From the human T2T-CHM13v2.0 reference genome, Homo sapiens: a stretch of 64,000 nucleotides of DNA. Position 1 is the first letter of the stretch, and each line of letters opens with the position of its first letter. Below are positions 34,348 through 51,945 of this stretch, one piece after another. The position numbers and the translations under genes are program-made. Under the pieces are notes generated by a model that saw only the letters and a list, made by a program, of their open reading frames with translations, was not told where the DNA came from and did not search any database. The stretch is from NCBI RefSeq assembly GCF_009914755.1, contig NC_060929.1. One strand, written 5' to 3'.

Positions 34348-35822
34348 TAATAGAGACGGGGTTTCTCCATGCTGGTCTTGAACTCCCAACCACAGGTGAT
34401 TTGCCCACCTCGGCCTCTCAAAGTGCTGGGATTACAGGCGTGCACCACTGCACCTGGCCTGATTTTTTATTTTTAGTAGAGATGGGGCTTCACCATGTTG
34501 GCCGGGCTGGTCTTGAACTCCTGACCTCAGGTGATCCACCCGCCTCGGCCTCCCAAAGTGTTGGGATTACAGGTGTGAGCCACTGCGCCCAGCCTTATCA
34601 TCAACTTTTAAAAATACCCGTACGCCCCGTCTCCTTCTCCCTCTCCCTCAAGAGTACTTACTCCACAAAGCCCCAAACCTGGCTGAATCCAACCATCTCC
34701 TTTCTCAAACAGTTTGGGTTTACTTTAAATTTATGGCCACGATTCTTTGTTTGCCACTCAACAGTGAACACTGGGCCTATAATTTTCCTTAGTACATTCG
34801 TTTTCCTATTCTCTTTGACCATTTTCATACCTTCTTTGCATATCCAGTTTCAACCCCATGATGAACTTGACTCTACCACTCTGACTTATGCCTCAATGAG
34901 AAAATCAGAAATACCAGAATAGAACACCTTTTTCTTCCAAGCACATCTACAAATCTACCTGCACCTATTTCTATATTCCCAGCTGTTCTTTCTTCTTGTC
35001 ATCTGAATCCAATCCCCTCTTGACTTTTCAGCAATACCCCTGCATTTATCATAGTTTACTCCTGCAACAAGCTCTTCCTCTTTTCAAGCCTTACTTTCAT
35101 CAGCATAAAAACAGGTCCCTGGTATTTTCCATTTAATACTCCCTTGACCCCATCTATCCCCTCTGGCTTCATGTATATGCACATTTTTACAACAAACTTT
35201 GTGAAAGAGTTGTTGTCTCTTTGTGTATCTCTATTGCCTTAGCCCCCAGTCTTTCAAATCCACTCCAATCAGAATTTCTCCTTCAACATTCTAGGGAAAT
35301 TGCTTAAGTCTTCAAATTAGAGAAAATAGACATCTTTCAGTGAGAAGTACATGAAATGGTGAAAGAAACGGGGATGTATATTCAGGCAGCTCATGTGAAA
35401 CAACCTTGGTGATCAACAAGGAAACAGATCCCAATGCCGCATCACTTTCCCAATCTAAAGGGAGCGCTCAGAACTAGAGAGACCCAGCAAAGTCATCTGA
35501 CACCTGGGAGTTCATGTTGTATCAACGGGCAGTAGAGAAAGCGAAAAAGGTGAAAGAGGACATTTCCTACACGTAAAGGTTGATTGGAGGAGTTAGATCC
35601 GAAAAACGAAGAAAGTACAGTACCATGGAAACCAAGGAAACAAAAACGGAGTGGCAGAGACAGTAAAGACCTGGAGGAATAAATGATGCCAGGGGCTCAG
35701 GGGGAGTGGTTAACATCTGTAGATGGTTTCCTTTGAGGAATAAAAGGACAGAGAAGGTAAAGAAAATGCAAAACACGATCATAAACAAACAAAAATCATC
35801 AATACAGATGGCATAGTACTTA

Positions 35823-36059
<237 letters not shown>

Positions 36060-36553
36060 TTAACTTGTATCACAAACCAGCATAATGCTACATATACACA
36101 TTAAAAGTAATTAATACGGCCGGGCGCGGTGGCTCACGCCTGTAATCCCAGCACTTTGGGAGGCCGAGGCGGGTGGATCACCAGGTAAGGAGATCGAGAC
36201 CATCCTGGCTAACATGGTGAAACCCCATCTCTGCTAAAAACATAAAAAAATTAGCCGGGCGTGGTGGTGGGCTCCTGTAGTTCCAGCTACTCGAGAGGCT
36301 GAGGCAGGAGAATGGCGTCAACCCAGGAGGCGGAGCTTGCCTTATTAGTAGTACTTCTATAGCAACACGATATTAACAAAATGGTGGGAAGATTTAGACT
36401 ACTGGGGATCAAATAATCATTAAAAATTTTTTAAATAGCTTAATGCAAAGTTCTTATTAAGTAGGTCTTTTCCTTTGTTCTCTCAAAAGGCAGGTACATC
36501 AAGTAACTATCTAGCTTAGAAATGAGTTTCATTCACGCATTTACAGTCTATAT

Positions 36554-36743
36554 CAGGAGTCCATTTGTATCAATAACCAGAGGGTAATTGTTTTAGACCT
36601 TGTGGGCCATACCATGCCTGTTGCAACTACTCAACTCTTGTAGCATGAAAGCAGTCATAGACAATACTTAAATGAATTAGTGTGGTTGTATTCTAATAAA
36701 ACCTATTTGCAAAAACAGGCACAGAGCAGTTTGCCAACCTCTG
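36554..36743. mobile_element. MER58A-like MITE
   Basis: GCAACTACTCAACTC...GCAGTCATAGACAATAC...AGTTTGCCAACCTCTG. Confidence 0.7.
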
Positions 36744-36820
36744 GTTTGTATATATCTCCTTTCAAAAAAAGTTGAGACATCTTACAATATAGTTTCTTAT
36801 CTAATTAATGAACACAATTA

Positions 36821-37102
<282 letters not shown>

Positions 37103-37539
37103 CTAGGTTAATCGAAGTGCTATCCAAGGTTCCTGGCAGAATCATACTGTTGTTGGATGACAAGTGAGCAGATGCTTTGGAGTTACTTAACCCATGGTAT
37201 AACTGAAACACCGACGGACTTACACTCAGAATTCCCAAGTGCTGATATTGGCTGTGCCACGTGACTTCGAACAAGTCTCTGAGCCTCAGCTTCTCAACTG
37301 TGAAATGAATGTTGATATACCTTGCTCTGCTTAGTTCACAGACTGGAAAGCAGCTCAAATAATGTGAAAGTGACTCTTATTTAGATGTGGCCAGAAAAAA
37401 TCACCTGGCATGTCATATCCTAAGGCACAATCAAAGCCTAGTTTGGAGCCTGAAAGCATCTGGTTCAACCCATTCATCTTACAGTAAGGAATGCCACACG
37501 TTGCAGGATCTTGCTTAGGGCCTGCAGCTGTGGTTAGCC

Positions 37540-38320
<781 letters not shown>

Positions 38321-38467
38321 CATTCTCACTTCCCACAGAAAGGCACAAAATTAGAGGATTAGACTAGTGGAACCACCGCCCCAGGCTACCAGTTTATTAT
38401 TTGGAGCTGTTCAACCACTATCCCGTCCAACGTTTTTTGAGCGCTATGTGCCAGGGCACTTTGCTAG

Positions 38468-40610
<2,143 letters not shown>

Positions 40611-41008
40611 TAGCTTTCACACTATTTCAACTGATCTTTACAACAAGCTTGTGCCCTAAGGTTAGTCATTTCTGATAAGAAAACTGAGGACCACCGGATT
40701 AGGTGGCTTGTTCACGGATTCTGTTCCCCTACTCCTTTCTAGTTTGTGAGTTGGGACTTTAGTTTTTCTGAATCCAGGTGAATTTTCGGAAGCCCACGTG
40801 CTTTCGGCCTTTATTAATTAATTCATTCCCAAGCCAGGTTCGCCTGACCACACCTCGAGCGCCGGCCCAGTGCTTGCGATCTTCGTGACGGCACCTGGGG
40901 TGTAAGTACTGCTTGTGGGAGAGCCCCACAGGAAATCCAGAGTATTGCGCATGCGTGCTGTCCAGAAGGCGCTTGAACTCGGCGGCTTCCGTAGCGGGAG
41001 GGCGAAAG

Positions 41009-41036
41009 ATGGCGGCGGCAGTACTGGGACAGTTGG
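41009..41036 (+). CDS. MRPL22: MRPL22 (uL22m) coding exon 1 (28 nt)
   Basis: aagATGGCG strong Kozak context; MAAAVLGQL-G; donor G|gtaagg. Confidence 0.95.
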
Positions 41037-41114
41037 GTAAGGATTTCTTAGTGGTTAAGCGACAGAAGGGAGTCGAGATGGAATCTGAGTTGACGGCTTG
41101 TGTTGATGTTGCAG

Positions 41115-41163
41115 GTGCGTTATGGATACATAACCTGAGGAGCCGGGGGAAGCTGGCCTTGGG
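41115..41163 (+). CDS. MRPL22: MRPL22 exon 2 (49 nt, mitochondrial presequence region)
   Basis: tgcag|GTGCG...GG|gtgagt; ALWIHNLRSRGKLALG. Confidence 0.95.
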
Positions 41164-43441
41164 GTGAGTCTCTCGCTTCGGAGTTTCGGAAGGGCCCAAG
41201 GCATCTTTAGTATTCTGCCAGTTGGTAACTGAGCGCCTCCGTGCCTAACTGTGTTTTAGGCTCTGGGGTTACTGAGGCGAATGAGACAGCCCGAGTCTCT
41301 GCTTTGTCACTCTATTTTTTCTCCACCTTATTGCATAAACTGTACAGGGATCAGGATTACCCATAACCCAAGGGCGATTGTAAATGCGATTTCCGAACGT
41401 CTACTGTGATCTTTCTGGACAAGGTTAGACTATTCCATCTCCATATGGAAGCGTCCAACTTTTCAAGTTACCTCTCTGATTACTTGCTTACATGGGCAGG
41501 GACCGTGTTGTGGACAACTCTGCTTTACGTCGTACCTGACATTGTGTTTAGCGGTTTATATGCTTTAACTCACTCTCATAACATTCTACGAGTAGGTTCT
41601 GCTATACCCGTTTTTCAGACAAGGAAATTGAAGTCCCCAAACGTAAAATAACTTGCCTAAGGCCACTCAGTTGTAGGAAATTTTGAAGCTTTATACCAGA
41701 GCATTCTGTAGCCTTAGGACAAAAGCATTCATTAAAGGTTAGGGTAAGTAGTCGCTGTATTTCTCCCCAAAATAAAAAATCGGTATTTGAAAATTGATAA
41801 TCTGATTGTAAATTTTCTGGTCTGTCCATTTGTTAGCATTGATTTTGGTTTAGTTCATAGGCTTTGCAGACAGATGAGTTGTATATGAATCCATTTTTTA
41901 ACTGTGATCTTGGAAAAGTTACTTATTCTTAATAAGCTTCAGTTATCACTTTTATGATATGAGCGTTATGTTAGTACCTATCTCTTAGGATTTAAAAAAT
42001 TTTTTAATTTTTATTTATTTATTTTTTTAGATGAAGTGTTGCTATGTTGCCCATGCTGGTCTCAAACTTAAGGGCTGAAACAATTCTCTTGCCTCAGCCT
42101 CCTGAAGTACTGGGATTACAGGCACATGCCATCTATGTAGCTCTAGTAGATTTTAAAAAGGAAATTCAAACAAGATAATGCATATGAAGTATTTAGTATG
42201 TTTATGGCATGTGATAATCCCACTCTGAATTCTAGTTGCCATTAATGTTTTTATTATTATAAATTATTACTGAGTTCCCAATTATATTTAACCCTTTTCT
42301 AAGTTTTTGGGTCCGAGGGGGATAAAGAGGTGGGCTAAAGAAGAAAATAGGAAGTAGTAGCTCTTAGGATTTGTCTGTACTCTTCTTAGATAATCTTCTA
42401 TCACTCTTCCCCCAACCATGCTGATTTACTTACTTTTTCTGAATATACTTTGCACTTACTTGCTTCTTGGCTTTTCCTACTATGCCCTCACATCTTGTCT
42501 ATAACAGCAGTCCTACCCATTATTCAAACCTCTGTTCAGATGTTTTCCCTTCAGGAAGTTTTCACTGGTTTCTCTAAAACGGAAAGAAATTAGTTTTTCC
42601 TTCCTTTTAGCATGTGTGCCTTCTATGATGACTTCATGTATATGTGTATGTGCCCTTTACTAGCTTGTGTATCTTGGAGAAGTAGGGACATTTATTTATT
42701 GTTGTACCTCCAGCATAAGGTCTTACACAGGCAAGTATTTTGATGTTGATTTGAATTGTCTTGCACCAACTTGTATTAAGAAGCTCTGAGCAAGAAACTT
42801 AAGCAGTTTGCCTTTAGTCTTTTCCTCTATGTCATGATACAAGAGTGTTTGATTTTGCTAGATAATCTCTAAGGCTATTTGCAATTCTGAAGTTATTACA
42901 TAATTTTGTGAATCCTTATTTTGGATTTTCTAGTGGGGAAAATGACCATAAGAAAACTAAGTAGAAAGGTATAAATAATGTTCATGATAACCATGTAAAA
43001 TTTTAGCATATAATCTGATTCAGTGATGAGAAACTTTTTTTTCCTTTTTTTTTTGGAGACACGGTCTCGCTCTGTGCCTAGGCTGAAGTGCAGTGCTGTG
43101 ATCATAGCTCACTGCAGCCTCAAACTCCCGGGCTCCCACCTCAGCTTCCTAAGTAGCTAGAACTACAGGTGCATGCCATCACACCTGGCTAATTTTTAGG
43201 GTCTTGCTGTGTTGCTCAGGCTGGTCTCTAACTCCTGGGCTCAAGTGATCCTCCTGCCTTGGCCTGGAGGGATTACAGGCATGAGCCGCCAGGAAACTTA
43301 ATTGCATATAGGCCCCAGACTAGAAATAAATAAACTAAGGGAAGTTGTCTATGTAAAATGAGAGTGGGAGGGCCTGTGGTGGTCAGTAGAGTGTATTCCT
43401 CATCTAAAAACATTGAATTAGGTTAAGAAAACTGCTGCTGA

Positions 43442-43732
<291 letters not shown>

Positions 43733-43929
43733 TGAGTTTTAGTAGAGACAAAGTCCTGTTATATTGCCCGGCTGGTCTGAAACTCCTGGGCTTAAGTAAT
43801 CTCCCACCTCAGTCTCCCAAAGTGCTGGGATTACTCTGTAGGCTATATTTGTTAGCTGACTGACAGTTTTCAGTTTTTGAATTCCAAGTCTCCTATTTTA
43901 CTGATGCATACATTTGAGAAGTTTTGTGA

Positions 43930-44226
<297 letters not shown>

Positions 44227-44404
44227 TGATCTTCCCACCTCAGGCTCCCGAGTCTCTGGGATTACAGACGTGAGCCACCAAGCCTGTCTGTACCACCCTT
44301 TAGATGGGGGCATATCCTCTTAAGCTTTCCTCAGTTTCCAACCATGTGTAAAATTTTGGCATAGTTATTTACACTCAGTCCTCTTACCTTACCTGTCTCT
44401 GTAT

Positions 44405-45690
44405 TCTTTCATTGATTCTACAAATATGTATTTAGTGCCTGCTCTGAGCTGGGAACTATTCTAGCACTGAGGATTTTGCAGGGAACAGGAACAGACAATA
44501 ATCCCTTGCCATTGTGGGGTGTACAATATAGTAAGGGGGGCAAATAAGCAAAATAAGTAAAATATAGAGTATATTAGATAGTGACATCTGCTTATGAGAA
44601 AATAAAGCAGAGATTGAGAATAAGAAGTATGTGTGTTTGAGAGAGGAACTTGTAGTTTTAGATAGGCAAGGCCTCACTAAAAGATAATCTTTGAGTAAAG
44701 ATTTGAAGGAAATGAGGAAGCATGCTGTGCTAACATCTGAACAAACAGCATTCTGTGCAGATAGAATAGTAAGTGCAACAGCTCCAAGGAACCATATCTG
44801 GTGTCAGGAACAATGACAAAAAGGAGAGGGATAGTGATAGGAGATGAGGTCAGAGAGGAAGGGGCAGTCATAAATCATATAGAGCCTTATTATTTTTTGT
44901 AAATACTTTGGCTTTTATTCTGAGCAAGATGGGAAACTGTTGTAAGGTTTTGAGCATGGAGTTATATGATCTGACTTATGTTTATGAGTGGTTCTTTCTG
45001 GCTGCTGTGTTGAGAATAGACTGGGGTGGGGATGGGGAGCAAGGATGGAAGCAGAGACCGTTGGCTATTTCAGGTATGAGATCATGGTGGCTTGGATTAG
45101 GGTGGCCGTGAAGGTAAGTGAATGGTTGGATTCTGGCAGTATGTTAACCACACCTGACAGATCTTGTTGATGCATTGGATGGGAGGTGTGAGAAAGAAGG
45201 GTGACACCAAAGTTTATGACCTGAGCAACTGGAAGGGTAGAGTTAACCACTTACTGAGCTAGGAAGACTTCCAGAGGAGCAGGTTTGGGGAGAATATTAG
45301 TAGGTCACTTTTGGGTTTGTTAAATCTGAGCTGTTGTAAGCATCCAAGTAGAGATATGAGTAGGCAATTGGGTATATGAGTTTATAGAGTTCAGGGAACG
45401 GATGTACATTTGGGAGTCATCAATGCATGGATAATGTTTAAAGCTGCAAAGCTGGTTGACTTCACCAAGGGAGTGAGTGTAGATAGAAAGAGTCCGAGGA
45501 TTGATTCCTGCCTAAGGCAGCCAATATTACAGACCAGGGAGGGAGACAAGGAAACAACAAAGGAGACTGTGGGGGAGTGGCCAGAGAGGGGAGAAGAAAA
45601 CCCCAAGTGTCCTGGAACCCAATTAAAGAAAGTGTCTCAAGGAAGAGTGAGTGACCAGAGATACTTAGGTCACTCTCAGATGAGGACTGA
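44405..45690 (-). mobile_element. L2 3' portion
   Basis: Begins with reverse-complement L2 tail (CATTGATTCTACAAATATGTATTTAGTGCC); purine-rich body with TTTGGGAGTCATCA and TGAGCAACTGGAAGG. Confidence 0.8.
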
Positions 45691-46375
45691 TAATTAGAAT
45701 TAGAATTTGTCTGTATTTTCTGTTTTAAGGTTGCTTCATTTTGTTTTAATTGAGTGTTATTCCAGCAATTGGCCAGGAGAGGGCACATAGGAACTTTTGA
45801 TTTGATATTCTGTGCTTCTAAATTAAGAACCCCATTTGGAATAATACTTTAATTTAATTTGATTATAGTAGTTTGGTCTTTGCTTGATAATTCAGTTCAT
45901 GAATTATTTGAGTCCTGAAAGTATTATAAGAATTCAGAAAGCTTTGACATTATTAATTCATAGTATGTTTAATTTATGAAGCAACATATTTAATTCACCA
46001 AATATGTATTGAAGATTTGAAGAGCGCAAGGTACTGTGCTAGGCGGGTACAGCAGGTATGGGCCTGACTCAAGAAATCTTTCAGATTGGTTTGTAGCAAA
46101 GGGGTTCATGTTTCTGTCATGCTGTTGGTGATGAGATTAGAGATAGAATTAAGGTTAGGAGAGGCCTTATAGATGATGTAGTCTAATTCCTCTTTTCACA
46201 GACAAAGAAACCAAGGTCCAAAGAGGTGACAAACATAGTGTACCCTACTCGCTAATTACAACTACATAGAACCATAAACGTTTATGATTATAAACTTGAG
46301 AAAAAACTTTGAAATTGTGTATTTAAAGCTTACAGTTCACAGGACTTATTTGGGGGCTGGGGACAGGAGAGATTA

Positions 46376-46866
<491 letters not shown>

Positions 46867-47989
46867 TAAAAATAACACTAGCCATCAGTGTTTATCATGG
46901 GCTAGACATTGTAGGATGCACTATATTAATTATTAATCCATCAACAGTATTAAGTAAGTATTATTTTCCTCATTCTACAAGTAATAATATCTAAAATTTA
47001 TTGAGCCCTTTTAAGTGTCAGGTTAAGTATTTTACTTGCATTTGAGCTTCTTAAGAAGGCTATGAGGTAATTATTATTAGTCTATTTACTGATGGGAAAA
47101 CTGAGACCCAGAAAATTATATGACTTCCCCAAGGCCATTCACCTAGTAAATTAGAGTTAGGATTTAGACCAAGGTCTGCTCGACTCTGTAGCCTCAGCTG
47201 TCACCACTCGGCTTATTTTAGCAAAATAGGCCTTCATACATCATGTATCCTAATTTTGTGCTTTTCAGTTAAGACATTGGAACCTAAATGTGGATGGCAA
47301 AGGTATTGATTTTGTTAGGTATTTTGATGGCACTAATCTTGATATTAGGATAGGAGATAGTGAACTTGGGGTAAAAATGATACACTAGAATAGATTTGTT
47401 TGAGTCTTTGGTCTAAATGGCTTGAAGACTAAAAACAAAGGTTTTGTTTGCCAAGTAAATCATCCAAGTTGCATATTTGTATGAGAATATGCCAATATAC
47501 AACCACTTTGAGTATATAAGTCTGAGTTAAATGTTTACGCAGTATCCACGTACCAGACATTGTTCTTGGTGCTAGAATACAAAGAAAGTCGGACTTGCCC
47601 TTTAAATGCTCAACATCTGTACACTTAGTACAATAACTCATTCTATTATAGCCACTTACGATAGTACAGTGGTCTAAGTCATTGCTGTATGGCTGGCAAG
47701 AACAAAGTATTAAGACAACGCGAGAATCATGATCAGATAAGGGATTAGGTGATGTTTCACATTGAGGTGACATTTGAGCTAGAACTTAAAACAGGATAAG
47801 CATTTCATTCAGGAGATAATAAGACGAGAAAACAATTTGAATAAAGGCTTGTTCAGGGAACAATGAACATCTATGTGGCTAGGCTATAAGGGCAGATTGG
47901 GTCTAGATTATGAAAGGCCTTCTATGTCTCGCTAAAGAGTCTGGACTTCGTATTGTGGGCAGTAGGGAAATACCAAAGTTTGCTGTGTT

Positions 47990-49270
47990 AACTTTTTATT
48001 TGGATATGCCCAGACATATACAAAAGTAGACAGTTTGATGAACCTCCATGTATCCGTCACCCAACTTCAACACTTACTACTTATGGCCAATGTTATTTAT
48101 AACCTGTAGTCTCCCTCATCATATTTTGAAACACTCCCCCCACTGTATCATTTTCATAAATATTTTACTATTATCTCATTAAAAAGCATTAAATATCCAT
48201 TTGATATTTAAACTTCCAATGGCTTCGTAACTGTCATACTTTATAATAGTTCACACATTGAAACTAATTGATATTTCTGTTAAATCTCTTACTCTGTAGG
48301 TTTTTTATTCAACCCTCTCTTTTTTTTCTTGTAATTTATTTGTTGGAGACAATTGGTTGTTTTGTAGCGTTTTCTATACCTTGGATTTTACCGAGTGCAT
48401 CCCCATGATATTACGTAACATGTTGTCTTTTCTCTGTGTTTCCTATTTTGAATCTAGGGGCTTGAGCCCCCAGTTTCATTTTGGGCAGGAAAGACTACTT
48501 TGTGGATGGTGGGTGGTGTGTTCTTCCATAAGGAGGCACATAATGCCTCCTTTATCCATTAGTTTATTAAGGATTATAAGATGATGCTATAATAATTTGC
48601 TATTCCTTCATTACTAACTTTATACAAGTCAAATTTTTCCTCATCTACTACTTGGAAACTTAATGGTACAGTTTGTATAGGAAAGACAGGATAAGTCTTG
48701 TCTTTTTCTTCATTCTTTCTCTTCATTCACCAGTTTTCAAAATAACAAGTTGGCTCACTAGCATTTTCTAATGGTAATTAATTTGTATTTTTCCTGGTTT
48801 TATTATGAACTTATGGCTTTAAACATATTTGATGTGTTTCAACCCACTACAATTATTGTCCTGATTAATGCTTGGCTTGTCCCATCTTTGGCTTGTTGGG
48901 CATCCACAAGTTGGCTCCTGAGTGCCTTTGACATGACCTTGGTAATCTTTGATGGCTTCTTTGCTTTCTGATATGACAAGATGTTCTGGGCTCATTTTGT
49001 ATGTTATCTGCTTGAGATCTGCAATCAGCCATTTCTCTCAGAAGTTTTGGTTCTCTTCAATAGGAAATGGTATTTCAAGACCGTAATCTGGGAAGTAGGG
49101 GCACTAATTGCTACTAGATTGTTCATTGCTTCTACACCTCTTCAGTGGAGAGATCTAGTACTTATTGGATTTTGGCTGAACCTTTTCTGCTTATTTCCAT
49201 ACCAAGAATCCCAGTAGTCAGTGACACTGAAAAAAAAGGATAGCATTAGAATATTACATAACTATTCATT
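47990..49270 (-). mobile_element. Old L1 (L1MC/ME-like) fragment flanked by L2 pieces
   Basis: T-rich antisense L1 3' pattern (TCAGCCATTTCTC...GGAAATGGTATTTCAAGACC) shared with the fragment at ~10990-11215. Confidence 0.55.
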
Positions 49271-49875
49271 TGCTTATTTCAATAGACGTTTTTAAGCTGG
49301 AGGATGACATGAGTAGCTCTGAATTATAGAAGGGTAGCTCATTTGGTACTCAAGCAGAGAAAGATGGATTGGAATTGGGCAAGTTGATGGAAGAGAAATC
49401 AATCTAGAGGCTATTGCTATATAGGATGGTGGCAATTAGAATGGGGAAGAGGTAAAGCATTTGAGAACGATTTCAGGGGAATCTTTATTTTATCTGTAAG
49501 ATTTGGTGACTAGCTCTGGCAGGATGAAAATCATTGGGAAGTTGAAGATAAACTCTAGAACACCATTCAAGAGTGATTTTATTTAGTGATATAGGGGAGT
49601 AGCGGATGCTGGGGAAAATGGGAGAGGGAGAATGACTAGTTGTATATTATTAAAGCAGTTAAAGTGTGGGGGAAGAGGTCAAGGAATAGTGAATTTGGGA
49701 TCTTCATCATCAAGTCTCAGCCTATTAGTTTAGCATTCAAAGACAACCACTCTAGCCTCAATGACCTTTCCAATACTTAACAAATTCTCTGACTCAGTCA
49801 GACCTCCCCTTATTTCTCAACTCTGTACCTCTGCATAGATGATATATGTCGTTGCCCCATTCCTCTGATAATTAG

Positions 49876-50237
49876 TGTATTAGTCCATTTCACACTGCTA
49901 TAAAGATACTACCTGAGACTGGGTAACTCATAAACCAACAAGGTTTGATTGACTCACAGTTCTGCGTGGCTGGGGATGCCTCAGGAGACTTAGAATCATA
50001 GGGGAAGGTGAAGGGGAAGCAGGCAACTTTTTCACAAGGCAGCAGGAGAGAGAGACAGTGCAGGGAAACTGCCACTTTTAAACCATCAGATCTCATGAGA
50101 ACTCCCTCACTATCACGAGAACAGCATGGGGGAAACTGCCCAGCGATCTAATCACCTCCCACCAGGTCCCTCCCTCAACATGTATGGATTACAATTGAAG
50201 ATGAGATTTGGGTGGGACACAGAGCCGAGCCATATCA
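49876..50237 (-). mobile_element. MaLR solo LTR (THE1D/MSTA-like)
   Basis: TGTATTAGTCCATTT...CCATATCA; 5-bp TSD ATTAG at 49871-49875 and 50238-50242. Confidence 0.9.
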
Positions 50238-50616
50238 ATTAGGAAGTTCAAGATTCACCTGAAGTCACCTCTGAAATCCTCTGCTGTTTCCCATATTTTA
50301 GTTATGTGGTTTTATATTGTCTTCTAATTGTTTTGTGTTTTTGTCTTAGTTACTCAACAAAGTTGGGCAATCTTACAGGTCAGATCAGAGAGCTCATTAT
50401 GTCTTCTCTAAATCTTTCTTAGGAGTGGGTGACTTATAGAAGACAGTGTTATTGGCCAGTCAGGGCAAGAAATCTTGGGTTAATATCTATTAACGGTTTG
50501 ACTTATGTGCGTTTACTTTCTCTCCTGTTAGCCTCTAATAAACTGTCTCTTTGTTGTGTTTAAAAGTAGTCTCTATTAATGAATACCTCTAGAATATTTC
50601 CAGTTGTGATCCTTAA

Positions 50617-50865
<249 letters not shown>

Positions 50866-51227
50866 TAATTGTGGTAGTGCTCTTACTCTTAAGTGATTAG
50901 TAATGATTTATTATTCTGTGTTAAAAAAATTATACAACCATTCACTCTAATTGACAGAGAAGATGTACTAGATTTATCTCTTCAATAGTTGAAAAAGATT
51001 GTTATTCTTTACTTATTTGTCTTTACTTAACCTCCTGGATAGGGACCTTAACTCTAAAACTAAGCTAATAGTTTAAGACATACTGATTTTTGACTCTGAG
51101 AGGCTTGCTGATGAGCTCTTAATGATGGAGCATGTGGAGTTGGCAAGAATGACTTAAACTATTGGCCAATGTTTAAATTATGTATATGATTTTCCAGTGT
51201 TATATATTTGAATATAGACACACTGTT

Positions 51228-51256
51228 TTTTGTTTGTTTGTTTGTTTGTTTGTTTT
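51228..51256. repeat. (TTTG)n microsatellite
   Basis: tttgtttgtttgtttgtttgtttgtttt. Confidence 0.85.
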
Positions 51257-51407
51257 GCAATTTGAACCTAAAGTTTGAACTTAATCATTGGGTTCCTACT
51301 GGAGATTTATCTTATCGTTATCTGCACAGAATAAACAAATAACTTTTCAACTTTCATATTTTGTCATGACATCACAACTTGAAAGATTTGTCAGTATAGG
51401 CTATTAA

Positions 51408-51592
<185 letters not shown>

Positions 51593-51735
51593 TGACCAGC
51601 TAATTTTTGTATTTTTAGTAGAGATGGGGTTTCACCATGTTGGCCAGGCTGGTCTCCATTTTGTAATTAACCAAAATTGACTAAATGAAACGTTACACAA
51701 TTGCACAAATATCATAAATAAAAATTTTTCTGTAA

Positions 51736-51945
<210 letters not shown>

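Larger units (their letters stand above)
40780..41260 (+). promoter_or_regulatory. CpG-rich promoter of MRPL22 with NRF1, ETS/GABP, E-box and YY1 motifs
   Basis: CGGAAG 40787-40792; CACGTG 40795-40800; TGCGCATGCG 40946-40955; CTTCCG ~40986; AAGATGGCGGC 41006-41016 overlapping the ATG. Confidence 0.85.

Noticed and set aside
35330-35790. Purine-rich stretch with some retained CpGs that might be a pseudogene fragment
   Set aside because: Motifs such as CATGGAAACCAAGGAAA fit a degenerate antisense L2; no coherent ORF
40759-41199. 146-aa ORF antisense to MRPL22 exons 1-2
   Set aside because: Non-ATG start, GC-rich promoter context, no recognisable domain
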